DNA of 57,551 nt from a virus (Duplodnaviria; Caudoviricetes), in the IMG/VR virus record IMGVR_UViG_3300009158_000060, positions 1 through 57,551 of that record, one strand, 5' to 3'. Each line of letters opens with the position of its first letter. The stretch's first letter is position 1. This document shows, one piece after another, positions 47,257 to 56,432 of the stretch. A model generated the notes under the pieces. The model did not search any database. It was not told where the DNA came from and saw only the letters and a program-made list of their open reading frames with translations. The position numbers and the translations under genes are program-made.

Positions 47257-47675
47257 AAACAAATCAACTGACAGGACACGCCCTTAACTGGGCGGTGGCG
47301 CAAGCCGAAGGTGACAAGGTGTACCGCCCACGCTTGGGTAGACCCGAGGACTGGGACAAGGAAGCGTATCTTGCGGATGGGTCAGACGATAGGTGGGTGG
47401 TGCGTGTGGAGAACCCGACACTCGCTTACTTTGTGGACTGGACATACAACCCAAGCGGTAGCTGGTGGCAAGGTGGGGAGATTGTTGAGAGGGAAGTGCC
47501 GATGCTGATGAGGACGAACGGCGGCGACTGGATTGCTCAAGGCTGTTACGACATAGCCAACGACACAGAGGCGAAGAGGTACTACGGAAAGACGCTACTT
47601 GAAGCCGCCATGCGGTGCTATGTAGCAAGCAAACTCGGCGATGAAGTCGAGATACCCAAGGAGTTAACAACATGA
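47253..47675 (+). CDS. NinX/DUF2591-like protein
   Basis: LTGHALNWAVAQAEG, YNPS..W.QGG.I.ER, L.AAMRCYVASKLG. Confidence 0.65.
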   Translation: MKTNQLTGHALNWAVAQAEGDKVYRPRLGRPEDWDKEAYLADGSDDRWVVRVENPTLAYFVDWTYNPSGSWWQGGEIVEREVPMLMRTNGGDWIAQGCYDIANDTEAKRYYGKTLLEAAMRCYVASKLGDEVEIPKELTT

Positions 47676-47899
47676 CACACAAACAAATAACCTTAACAGT
47701 GGAACAAGCAGAGGCATTGTTCATCGCCATACAGGGACACATCTACAAAAGGGCGGGAGGAAATGTGCGCGAGTATGTGGACTCACGCTACGAAGAACAG
47801 GATGAGGCGTGGCGCAATGTGAAGATAGGCGAGATACAACGCCGCTTCGATGTACTCAACCAAGTGCGTGAGAAGTTAACAACGGTGTACACAGCATGA
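47672..47899 (+). CDS. hypothetical protein
   Basis: AAGGAG RBS, ATGA coupling. Confidence 0.6.
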   Translation: MTHKQITLTVEQAEALFIAIQGHIYKRAGGNVREYVDSRYEEQDEAWRNVKIGEIQRRFDVLNQVREKLTTVYTA

Positions 47900-48033
47900 C
47901 ACGCTTCAAACCAACACCAACATTCACACCAATACGCATCGCCTTTGTGGGTGCGTATCTGACAGCGTTCATCGTTCTCGCCCTCGACCTGTTCGTGTGG
48001 CGCGTGCATACAGGTGTGATGTGCTACTTGTAA
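47896..48033 (+). CDS. small membrane protein (not in ORF track)
   Basis: IAFVGAYLTAFIVLALDLFVWR transmembrane segment; ATGA coupling. Confidence 0.5.
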   Translation: MTRFKPTPTFTPIRIAFVGAYLTAFIVLALDLFVWRVHTGVMCYL

Positions 48034-48066
48034 GCCAAGGCACGTCGGGAACACTCATCGTAGAAA

Positions 48067-48093
48067 AACTGGCAGACATGGTGTCTGCGAGTT
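48067..48093. repeat. palindromic repeat copy 5
   Basis: AACTGGCAGACA-TGG-TGTCTGCGAGTT, identical to copy 4. Confidence 0.85.
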
Positions 48094-48139
48094 GCGTCGT
48101 TGGTGCGCTTCACCAACAAACCAGTAAAGGAAAGTAATC

Positions 48140-48700
48140 ATGAACCAAGTAAACCAAACCGAAATCAACGCAGTGGAACAAGTAGCACAACCAACCCCCG
48201 AGGTAACCCCTCAGCCAAAGACCACGCTTATCCACACCCTGCTTCACGCAATTAATGAGCACATTGACCAACAAGTTGACGCAAAGGTCAGCGCCGTGCT
48301 TGAAGCGCATAGTGCCGTGCGATATATCGACGAGGCGTTCAGGGAGACCATCAAGGACATCGCAGAAGAATCTATAAGCGAGCACAACGACACAGAGGAA
48401 CATCTGAACAATGACTCGGTGTTGGAGTTAATGGACGATAGGATTACCGAACAAGTACGCAGAGAGGTGCGTGACACCGACATCAGCGACCAAGTGCATG
48501 ACGCAATCACTGACTACGACTTCGATGACAAGTTTGATGCGTATGACGTTGACGACAAGATAGAGACATACCTCAGCGACAACGACTACCCTGACGCAGA
48601 CCGCGTGGAGGAGATGATTATTGAAACTGTGGAGGAAATACTTGAAAAGAAAATGGTGGAGGTATTGAAGAAACTACTGGAGAAAATGAATGGAATTTGA
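48140..48700 (+). CDS. highly acidic early protein
   Basis: Asp/Glu-rich repeats such as DYDFDDKFDAYDVDDKI. Confidence 0.7.
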   Translation: MNQVNQTEINAVEQVAQPTPEVTPQPKTTLIHTLLHAINEHIDQQVDAKVSAVLEAHSAVRYIDEAFRETIKDIAEESISEHNDTEEHLNNDSVLELMDDRITEQVRREVRDTDISDQVHDAITDYDFDDKFDAYDVDDKIETYLSDNDYPDADRVEEMIIETVEEILEKKMVEVLKKLLEKMNGI

Positions 48701-49334
48701 AGACCTCGACCAACGAGCAAAGGACAACGCCATACAACTGTATGGCGAGCCGCCTGATGATTGGTACGAGTGTGTGTACGCACGCTTCAAAGATGATGGA
48801 CTCGCTAAAGGGTTTGACCTTGATGACATTCAATTCAGCGGGTTCTATTCTCAAGGCGATGGTGCTTCGTGGACAGGGCGTGTGTATTTGATGACGTTCA
48901 TTGAGCACTTCGTCACACACGAACATCCTGAGTTCTCAAGGTACACAGTACTATTGGAACTACTGCGAAACGATTGGGTGGATACACGCATGGGCGTGCA
49001 ACGCAAGTCTTTCCACTACAACCACTCAGGGACGATGAGCTATGAGGGCATCAGATGCTATGCGTCTTTGGGTGAGGACAACGGCGACGTTATACAGCAC
49101 GGCATCTTGCAAGGTGCGCCAGTGTGTGAGTTAAACCAAGCAATCGACACCGAGCGCTTGGTCTGTGAGCTTGAAGAGTTTGCGATCAGTCGGGCAAAAG
49201 AATACGCCGATGAAATCTATGACGCTTTGAGAGAGGCGTATGAGGGCTATACAAGTGAAGAAAACTTTAAAGAACTCATTTACATCAATGGCTGGAGATT
49301 CAACAACAAGGGAGAGCTAACAGATGGGGTATAG
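48690..49334 (+). CDS. hypothetical protein
   Basis: FSGFYSQGDGASW motif; coupled start. Confidence 0.65.
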   Translation: MEFEDLDQRAKDNAIQLYGEPPDDWYECVYARFKDDGLAKGFDLDDIQFSGFYSQGDGASWTGRVYLMTFIEHFVTHEHPEFSRYTVLLELLRNDWVDTRMGVQRKSFHYNHSGTMSYEGIRCYASLGEDNGDVIQHGILQGAPVCELNQAIDTERLVCELEEFAISRAKEYADEIYDALREAYEGYTSEENFKELIYINGWRFNNKGELTDGV

Positions 49335-49725
49335 ATCAAACGTAGCGTATGTCATACGCTTTCACACAACAGATGAACGCGATGTGTTCACTGAGCTAGT
49401 CAGGCATCGTCGAGATGACGCACTGACAGAAGCAATCAACGACTGCGAGACAAGGTATGAGGCACCGATCATCACCTACTACGCGGAAGACATCAAGTGG
49501 TACGAGAGCTTTGATTATGTGGAAGCACACAACGTAATCATGGAGTGGGCAGTCGAGCTGTACAAGAACGCAGGGTATCGCATCATGCAGGTCGGTGAGG
49601 ATGGAGTTGAAACAATTAACGAGGGTGGGGACGATACCACTGAGCTTCACGAATACATCTACTCATCACACCAAGTACACACAGATTTCCCCGCACTTAA
49701 ACAAGCAGCAACAACACAGGAGTAA
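49324..49725 (+). CDS. hypothetical protein
   Basis: MGYRSNV, IKWY, VGED motifs. Confidence 0.65.
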   Translation: MGYRSNVAYVIRFHTTDERDVFTELVRHRRDDALTEAINDCETRYEAPIITYYAEDIKWYESFDYVEAHNVIMEWAVELYKNAGYRIMQVGEDGVETINEGGDDTTELHEYIYSSHQVHTDFPALKQAATTQE

Positions 49726-49730
49726 ACAAC

Positions 49731-50687
49731 ATGTTTGGAAACACAACAAGACACATGCCTTATGTACGCACATACGAAGAGGCAGAGAAACAATTCAATG
49801 TACGCGGTGCGGTGCGTAGTAAGACTTGGGCAGAGAACGAACGCCCCATCTATAAAACCTACCACCACTATCGTTTAGTCAAACACGCTGAGTACTATGA
49901 CTTGGTTCTGTACAGCACAGTGATGGCAAGGTACTTCACACCGCAGGTAATCGACGGCAAGCTACACGAACGACGCTTGTATATGGGCGACCAATCCATA
50001 ACGAGTAGAGACTTCATGTACCACGTGCTGGGTGTTAGTAGCGGCAAGAGAGAGATACTTGCGGATGAGAATAAGGTAGTGATAGCACCCATCTACCACA
50101 GGTCATCGCTACATCACGACGGCGCTAACTTCAGTGCCGACTACCACTACGTGGATGGCGTGTTGGATACCACCAACTCAGTGCACACCAAGCACTACCG
50201 CAAAGTCTCAAGCAAAGACGACAGAGCGGCGCGTGCTGAGGTGGTCAAGTTGTTCGAGCCTTACATCATGTTGGCGCAGATGCGGATGCCTGAGTTCCAC
50301 AACAACGCAGAGGTGACCCGCAACACTGGTTCTCCATTCAGTGGGGGCAGTGAGCGTAGGTATCAGGACTCGGTATGTGATATGGCAAAAGGTAGCACTG
50401 ACCAGCTAGCTATCAATCACTTCTTCGAGCTGTGTCAGAACGCATACGACGTGCTCGCATCCAAGCGTGCATACAACCAACGCGACTTCAACATGGGGTC
50501 ATGGCAGAACCGCACTGTTGACTCCATCGACAAGCTGGAGAAGCAGATAACCCCGCCCGAGTTTCGCACCGCCATCATTGGGCGTATCAACAGACTGACA
50601 GGAGGTGACCAACGTTCCGAGAAAGTAGAGATTCCACAATTCGTTGTGGAGAGTGACTACCCGCGTACCAACATCGTGTTCGGGTAA
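49731..50687 (+). CDS. hypothetical protein
   Basis: 318-aa ORF with RBS AGGAG. Confidence 0.65.
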   Translation: MFGNTTRHMPYVRTYEEAEKQFNVRGAVRSKTWAENERPIYKTYHHYRLVKHAEYYDLVLYSTVMARYFTPQVIDGKLHERRLYMGDQSITSRDFMYHVLGVSSGKREILADENKVVIAPIYHRSSLHHDGANFSADYHYVDGVLDTTNSVHTKHYRKVSSKDDRAARAEVVKLFEPYIMLAQMRMPEFHNNAEVTRNTGSPFSGGSERRYQDSVCDMAKGSTDQLAINHFFELCQNAYDVLASKRAYNQRDFNMGSWQNRTVDSIDKLEKQITPPEFRTAIIGRINRLTGGDQRSEKVEIPQFVVESDYPRTNIVFG

Positions 50688-50696
50688 GTCCTAGTA

Positions 50697-50736
50697 CTGT
50701 CAAGGCTGTCCAAGCTTTGACAGATTGTGATATAGT
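50697..50736 (+). promoter_or_regulatory. extended -10 promoter with upstream inverted repeat
   Basis: TG-A-TATAGT (50728-50736); CTGTCAAGGCT/AGCTTTGACAG dyad at 50697-50723. Confidence 0.55.
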
Positions 50737-50759
50737 GTTAAACATAACAGGAGAAGTAA

Positions 50760-51956
50760 ATGAGTTTCGAGAAGATGACCCTCAACCAACGCATACAAGC
50801 GGTCAACATAGACTGCATGCGGCATCCAAAGTTTGCACTGCTCAGCGCAGTGATCTGCATGGGCAAGTCTGAGGTATCAGACAAGGTGCCTACTGCATCC
50901 ACCAATGGGCGTGACAAGAAGTATGGCGTGTCTTTCATCACACCCCTCAACCGCAAGCAACTGCGGTATCTAGCACTGCATGAAAACTTCCACGTTGCAC
51001 TCAAGCATTGTGTGTTGTATCGCGCAGAGGTCAAGCGTATGCCTAAGCTGTGCAACATAGCGCAGGACTACGTGGTCAATGCACTCATCGAAGAGCTTGA
51101 CCCTAACTTCGAGTTTGTTGAACGCCCCACAAAGACGCTACTGATTGACCGCAAATACTTCGGTTGGTCTTTCCCTCAGGTACTCAATGACCTCATCAAA
51201 CAGGGACGTAAGGAACCCGAAGAAGGTGACGGTGATGGCGATGGTGACAACGGACACGATGAACCCATCGACGCGCATGAGGATGGCGAGTTTGCTGAGG
51301 ACGATAAAGAGAAGCTAAGCAAACAGATTGACGATGCCAATCGTCAAGGCGAGATGCTTGCTCGCAAGCTAGCGGGTCAAGGTGCAGGTGGTCGTGACAT
51401 CTTTGGTCATGCCAAGGAACGCATCACTGACTGGCGACCTGCTATGCAGGACTGGATAACTTCCATGTCCCAAGGCGATGACAACTCACGCTTCTGCCCT
51501 CCCAACAAACGACTGCTTGCGTCTGGCTTCATCATGCCATCGCACTTCACTGAGTCAGTCGGCGAGTTGATACTCGCATGCGATACATCTGGTTCGATGT
51601 ATCCCTACTATCGTTTACTCTTTGGCGAGGTTGCTCGCATCTGTCAACTGGTCAAGCCCGAAGCTGTTCGTATCCTGTGGTGGGACAACGCTGTATGTGG
51701 TGACCAGTTGTTCAAGCCAACTGAGTACGAGTTAATTGCATCTCTCTTGAAACCTCAAGGCGGTGGCGGCACAACTCCACAAGTTGTCGTTGACTACATT
51801 CGTGAGCACAAGATAGAAGCAAAAGGAATCGTATGGCTGACCGATGGGTACCTCGGTTGCGATACGCCTAGCACCCCGATGCCGTCACTGTGGGGTGTGG
51901 TGGACAACGACTCGTTCGTTCCCACTCACGGCAAGCTGTTAAACATCTCTCTGTAA
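50760..51956 (+). CDS. metallopeptidase-VWA protein (DUF2201-like)
   Basis: TASTNG, LHENFH (HExxH), NIAQDYVVN, DTSGSM (MIDAS), GGGGT, LTDGY. Confidence 0.8.
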   Translation: MSFEKMTLNQRIQAVNIDCMRHPKFALLSAVICMGKSEVSDKVPTASTNGRDKKYGVSFITPLNRKQLRYLALHENFHVALKHCVLYRAEVKRMPKLCNIAQDYVVNALIEELDPNFEFVERPTKTLLIDRKYFGWSFPQVLNDLIKQGRKEPEEGDGDGDGDNGHDEPIDAHEDGEFAEDDKEKLSKQIDDANRQGEMLARKLAGQGAGGRDIFGHAKERITDWRPAMQDWITSMSQGDDNSRFCPPNKRLLASGFIMPSHFTESVGELILACDTSGSMYPYYRLLFGEVARICQLVKPEAVRILWWDNAVCGDQLFKPTEYELIASLLKPQGGGGTTPQVVVDYIREHKIEAKGIVWLTDGYLGCDTPSTPMPSLWGVVDNDSFVPTHGKLLNISL

Positions 51957-51977
51957 TCAACTCAAAGGAAAGTAACC

Positions 51978-53102
51978 ATGAATCAATATCTCTCTTCTTC
52001 TCAGGTCATCAACCTCATCGCCGCTATCGGTCACAAGCGCACAGTAATCGTTGAGGGTGAGAACGGTATCGGTAAGACCGCGCTGTTCCATCAACTCAAG
52101 CGCATGCCCAAGTTCGCTGACCACATTGCCGTTGACCCTATCGACTGCACTCAGTTGTCCGATGGTTCGGTGTGGATGCCTGACCTTGACCGCGACAACG
52201 GCGTGTCGCGTGAGCTTCCCAATGAACGCTTCGGTGTCAGCAAGACTAATCAACGCGGTGTCAATGGCGGCAAGCCAATCATGGCGTTCTTAGATGAGAT
52301 CGCCAAGGCACCGCAGTTCATCAAGAACGTACTCGCGCCTATCGTGTACGAGCAACGCGTTGGTAACTACCACTTCGTTGAGGGTAGTGTTGTCTTTGCC
52401 GCTACCAATCTATCGGTCGAGGGTCTTGGCGATTCCATCCAAGCGCACTTGCGTAACCGTCTTGTGTTCGTCAAGATGCGTAAGCCGAATGCGGTCGAGT
52501 GGGTGCGTTGGGCTACCGATGCGGGTATCAATCCTATGGTCATCGCATTCGTTGACAACAACCCGATGGTGATGGACTCGTTCCTTGACTACGAGAAGGG
52601 TGGCAAGTTTGAGGGCAAGACGTTATCCAAAGATAACGGGCACATCTTCAATCCCAAGTCTGTGCAACTCGCGTATGCAACTCCTCGTTCACTCGCCGCC
52701 GCTGGTGACATCTTGGATGAGGGCATGCACGTACTTGACGACGACACTCTTGAGCAAGCATTGATAGGCACTGTCGGTATCGTTACTGCTGAGGCGATGG
52801 CATCGTTCGTTCGCTTCGGTCGTGACATCTGTGACTATGCGCGTGTGATCGCTGACCCTGCTAAGGCACCGCTGTCTGACAATCCCACCGCGCAGTTGAT
52901 TCAAGTCTTTCAGTTTGTGTCGCGTGCACAGACCAGAGACGAAGCAGCAGCAGTCACTGAGTATGTGTGGCGTATGCGTGCAGAGATGCAGTCAATCTTC
53001 TGCAACACAGTGTCTACATCTCAGCGCGTAGGTGTGTTCGTTACCAACACTAACTTCGGCAAGATGTTGGCTGAGCACAAAATCTTTTTCGGCACTAAGT
53101 AA
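51978..53102 (+). CDS. MoxR-like AAA+ ATPase
   Basis: GENGIGKT, FLDE, AATN, LRNR, TPRS. Confidence 0.8.
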   Translation: MNQYLSSSQVINLIAAIGHKRTVIVEGENGIGKTALFHQLKRMPKFADHIAVDPIDCTQLSDGSVWMPDLDRDNGVSRELPNERFGVSKTNQRGVNGGKPIMAFLDEIAKAPQFIKNVLAPIVYEQRVGNYHFVEGSVVFAATNLSVEGLGDSIQAHLRNRLVFVKMRKPNAVEWVRWATDAGINPMVIAFVDNNPMVMDSFLDYEKGGKFEGKTLSKDNGHIFNPKSVQLAYATPRSLAAAGDILDEGMHVLDDDTLEQALIGTVGIVTAEAMASFVRFGRDICDYARVIADPAKAPLSDNPTAQLIQVFQFVSRAQTRDEAAAVTEYVWRMRAEMQSIFCNTVSTSQRVGVFVTNTNFGKMLAEHKIFFGTK

Positions 53103-53127
53103 TCAACCAACCAAAGGAAAGCAAACC

Positions 53128-54015
53128 ATGAATACAAACACCACCCCTCGTTACAACATCGACACATGCGCGATGCTTGTTGAATTCAACGCGTCCGTAT
53201 GGACAGCACGTAAGCTGGACAAGACAACAACCGATGAGGTTGTAGCAACCAAGCATGCCGCCGCTAGAGATGCGGCGCGTGTCAACGTGCACCTGCTTGC
53301 AGGTCGCACAGAGTTGGAAGTTATCCAACAAGCTGTTGGTCGTGCGCGTCAGTATGTTTACGACAAGACATCGCCTTGGTCTGACTCCGGCTTGCGCTTG
53401 TTGCCGAACATATCGTTCATGGCATTCACTGAGAAGCTCGATGACTTCGAGCATGAGTTCACTGCGTTGGTCAAGTCGTTCGTGACAATCTATCCCACGC
53501 TGATTACTGCTCAGGCTATGGCTTTAGGTGACATGTTCAAGAGAGATGCCTACCCCACCGCGAATGAGATCATGACTAAGTTTTCGTTCCGCGTTAACTA
53601 CATGCCCGTACCCACAGCGGGTGACTTCCGCGTAGACGTAGGCAATGCCGCACAGGCTGAGCTGAAAGCTAAGCTGGACAAGCTGACCCAAGAACGTATC
53701 GACAACGCCATGTCAGATGTGCGTGAACGACTGAGTGCTCACCTGAAGCGCATGTCCGACAGGCTGACTACTGACTATGTGCAGGGTGAAGCTAAGCCTC
53801 GACGTTTCCACGATACGTTGGTAGAAGGTGCGCTTGAGTTGTGTGACTTGACTAAGGCACTCAACATTGTGAACGACCCCGCGTTGGAGACAGCGCGGCG
53901 TGACCTCGAACAAGTACTGGTTGGTGTAACACCGACTGAGTTACGTAGGAACGAGGCTGTGCGTCAAGATGTCAAGAAGAACGTCGATGCAATCTTAAGT
54001 AAATTCAGTTTCTAA
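53128..54015 (+). CDS. DUF3150-like protein
   Basis: WTARKLD, PWSDSGLRLLP, AYP, GDFRV; follows the AAA/VWA pair; ATG 53128. Confidence 0.6.
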   Translation: MNTNTTPRYNIDTCAMLVEFNASVWTARKLDKTTTDEVVATKHAAARDAARVNVHLLAGRTELEVIQQAVGRARQYVYDKTSPWSDSGLRLLPNISFMAFTEKLDDFEHEFTALVKSFVTIYPTLITAQAMALGDMFKRDAYPTANEIMTKFSFRVNYMPVPTAGDFRVDVGNAAQAELKAKLDKLTQERIDNAMSDVRERLSAHLKRMSDRLTTDYVQGEAKPRRFHDTLVEGALELCDLTKALNIVNDPALETARRDLEQVLVGVTPTELRRNEAVRQDVKKNVDAILSKFSF

Positions 54016-54030
54016 GAAGAGGGAACACTC

Positions 54031-54546
54031 ATGCCTGACATAAAGACGGCGCTGACCACGGCGCTTTCAACGTGGGAACAAGACGATAAACGAATTCAAC
54101 AGGAGAAGCAAGTGCCAAAAAATATATTCACCCCAACCAACAACGTGTCACGCGAGACGTTCAACTACGTCAAGAACAACCCTTTTCGTAGCAGCGGTGA
54201 GATACGTGCCGCACTGACAGCGCGAGGGTTCAACGCAGGGTCAGTGGGTTCCCTCATCACGCAGTTCTTAAAGCAAGGGCAAGTATCGAAAGATGCCAAT
54301 GGTAGATACAACACTATCGTGCCTGAGTACACACCACTGAAAGCAACCAAGCATTTTCGGGCAGAGGGTAAGCGTGTCAACAAAATTGTGAACAAGCCCA
54401 AGGCGGTGGTAAAGGGGCAAGGCATTGCCGCGCTGACACCTCAAAGTACAACAACTCCGTGGGACGTAGACACAGTGCTCGACACCATGAGTATTGTGCA
54501 GGCACGCACCCTGTACGATGCCCTCAAGAAAATCTTTGGAGGTTGA
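54031..54546 (+). CDS. winged-helix-like protein
   Basis: TFNYVKNNP..SSGEI...SVGSLITQF.KQGQV; internal RBS and GTG at 54101-54114. Confidence 0.5.
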   Translation: MPDIKTALTTALSTWEQDDKRIQQEKQVPKNIFTPTNNVSRETFNYVKNNPFRSSGEIRAALTARGFNAGSVGSLITQFLKQGQVSKDANGRYNTIVPEYTPLKATKHFRAEGKRVNKIVNKPKAVVKGQGIAALTPQSTTTPWDVDTVLDTMSIVQARTLYDALKKIFGG

Positions 54547-54547
54547 T

Positions 54548-54667
54548 ATGTGGGATGTACTAATAACTGTGGTACTGATGGGTTTCGGTGCAGTCGCGCT
54601 GATTACTATCTGCGCCCTGATTGGATGGGCGATATTCTGGATGCAGAACGGAGGCGGAGATGACTAA
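54548..54667 (+). CDS. small membrane protein (not in ORF track)
   Basis: GGAGG RBS; MWDVLITVVLMGFGAVALITICALIGWAIFW. Confidence 0.55.
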   Translation: MWDVLITVVLMGFGAVALITICALIGWAIFWMQNGGGDD

Positions 54668-54866
54668 ATACCGCATCACATACAGCGATGGTTGCTTTGC
54701 CGACTGGGATGCCATGCAGAAAGACCTTGCATGGGGGTACAGGTGGGGCATCTTTTTGTACGCAGTCCGTTTAAACATTGGCGCATGGAGAGCAGGACAT
54801 AAGTCATTTAAGTATTGGCTGTACGTCCTACGCAGGAAGCCGAAGATCACAAGGGAGAAAGCATGA
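54660..54866 (+). CDS. hypothetical protein
   Basis: GGAGG RBS, ATG 54660. Confidence 0.5.
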   Translation: MTKYRITYSDGCFADWDAMQKDLAWGYRWGIFLYAVRLNIGAWRAGHKSFKYWLYVLRRKPKITREKA

Positions 54867-55159
54867 CTGAATTCAACAGACCAACACCAGAGACATTGCC
54901 TGAGAAACCACAATTTGAAGCCATAACAACAAGGCTAGACAGAATTGGCGCTGAATCTGGTATTAAAGAAATGACAAATGAGCTATATCTTTATGGTGTA
55001 AATGTCAGGGAGGATTTGGGTAAGGAGTTTAATTACCTTTTTCACCTTACAAGAAACGACACCATTGAAGAAGTGGCGCTGCACGTTGAGAAGCTCAAGG
55101 GCTTTGGTAACGATACCACCAGTTCACTGGCTATCTACATCAGGGAGATGAAGAAATGA
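54863..55159 (+). CDS. hypothetical protein
   Basis: ATGA coupling; RNDTIEEVA...FG.DT..S.AIYIR. Confidence 0.6.
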   Translation: MTEFNRPTPETLPEKPQFEAITTRLDRIGAESGIKEMTNELYLYGVNVREDLGKEFNYLFHLTRNDTIEEVALHVEKLKGFGNDTTSSLAIYIREMKK

Positions 55160-55479
55160 GAGATGACATCATAGACAGCTTCAAAATCACGGGCTTTGTA
55201 ATTCTTGCAGCATTAGTTGCGCTTGGTTCTATGCTTGGTTTTATTTGGGTATTGCAGTCAACATTTGGCCCAAGCGATGAACAGAGGATCGAGATGCGTG
55301 TGCCGCGACTCTTGTCCGAATCGGATGGTTGCAGGGTTTACAAGTTTGTGGATGATGGGACGCACTACTTTACACGTTGCGGCGAACAGGTAAACACTGT
55401 GCGTCACTACACAGAATCTTGTGGCAAAAACTGCATACGCAATCGCACCGAAGAAATAACAACGGAAGGTAACAAATGA
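55156..55479 (+). CDS. membrane-anchored protein
   Basis: N-terminal TM; DGCRVYKF.D....YFTRC. Confidence 0.6.
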   Translation: MRDDIIDSFKITGFVILAALVALGSMLGFIWVLQSTFGPSDEQRIEMRVPRLLSESDGCRVYKFVDDGTHYFTRCGEQVNTVRHYTESCGKNCIRNRTEEITTEGNK

Positions 55480-55760
55480 ACATTGATGAACACAAGTTTT
55501 TACTTGAAGTAGAACACCGTGCAAAAGACCCAGAGACAGCAAGAGCCATCATTAACTTTGCCATCAATGGTATGCACAACAAGGCGGTGGAAAACCGTGA
55601 ACACGCTGTTGACATGGAAGTCGTGGCAAACATGGCAATGAACACACGCTTGTTCAAAGGCAACGAACGGTTCATAGCTGACAAGTTGGAGAAATGGAAA
55701 CACAGGAACGGACTTAAGTGGGACGACCACATCAAAACACTACGGGAGAAAGCAAAATGA
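55476..55760 (+). CDS. hypothetical protein
   Basis: ATGA-coupled ORF. Confidence 0.55.
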   Translation: MNIDEHKFLLEVEHRAKDPETARAIINFAINGMHNKAVENREHAVDMEVVANMAMNTRLFKGNERFIADKLEKWKHRNGLKWDDHIKTLREKAK

Positions 55761-55990
55761 ACATGACTGATGAAGAAATTATTGCAGCAGCAGAAGCTAC
55801 TGGCTTGAAGTTGTTCGGGCTTGGTATGGACAAAGCCAAGTTTGAATTTTGCATACTGGCATTTGCCAACCTTGTAGCCGCCAAAGAACGTGAAGCCTGT
55901 GCAAAAGTGTGTCAAGAGGCACAAGAGTATTGGGGTTGGGACAAGGTTGTTGATGCCGCAAAACTTATCAGAGCCAGAGGTGAAGCATGA
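55757..55990 (+). CDS. hypothetical protein
   Basis: FA.LVAAKEREACAKVC...IRARGE. Confidence 0.6.
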   Translation: MNMTDEEIIAAAEATGLKLFGLGMDKAKFEFCILAFANLVAAKEREACAKVCQEAQEYWGWDKVVDAAKLIRARGEA

Positions 55991-56217
55991 ACAAACGGAT
56001 TAAACAACTTTCGGAACAAGCTGAAAAATATGCTGATGAAAACTTTAGAGGTGAACCCACTTGGTCTGAAGCATTTGAGTCAAAATTTGCCGAGTTGATT
56101 ATTGTGGAATGTGCAACCTTGGTTGATGCCGCATTTGACATAGACGAACATAGCGGCGAAGTTGTTTCTTATGCAGATGGTGGTCAGTTGAAAGAACATT
56201 TTGGAATTGAATCATGA
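55987..56217 (+). CDS. hypothetical protein
   Basis: MNKRIKQL...KFAELII.EC...KEHFGI. Confidence 0.6.
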   Translation: MNKRIKQLSEQAEKYADENFRGEPTWSEAFESKFAELIIVECATLVDAAFDIDEHSGEVVSYADGGQLKEHFGIES

Positions 56218-56432
56218 AAGAAGCAGAGCAAATAATGAAACGGTGTCAGGTTGGCACACGCAATTACGAAGAAGCAAACAATCTTCATGCCGCTTGCTAC
56301 GGAATTATTGGCAAGCTGTTGGCGCAGACAAAGCAAGAACGTGAGTTGTGGCAAAAGCAATTAACCAGCGCACAGCGCAACGAGCTTAAACAAATTGAAG
56401 ACGGCACATGGGAGGCAGACAGAAATGGATAA
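56214..56432 (+). CDS. hypothetical protein
   Basis: ATGA-coupled ORF. Confidence 0.55.
   Translation: MKEAEQIMKRCQVGTRNYEEANNLHAACYGIIGKLLAQTKQERELWQKQLTSAQRNELKQIEDGTWEADRNG

Noticed and set aside
44746-48093. Palindromic repeats as a CRISPR array
   Set aside because: Spacing is irregular (0.3-1.35 kb), genes lie between copies, and no cas genes are present
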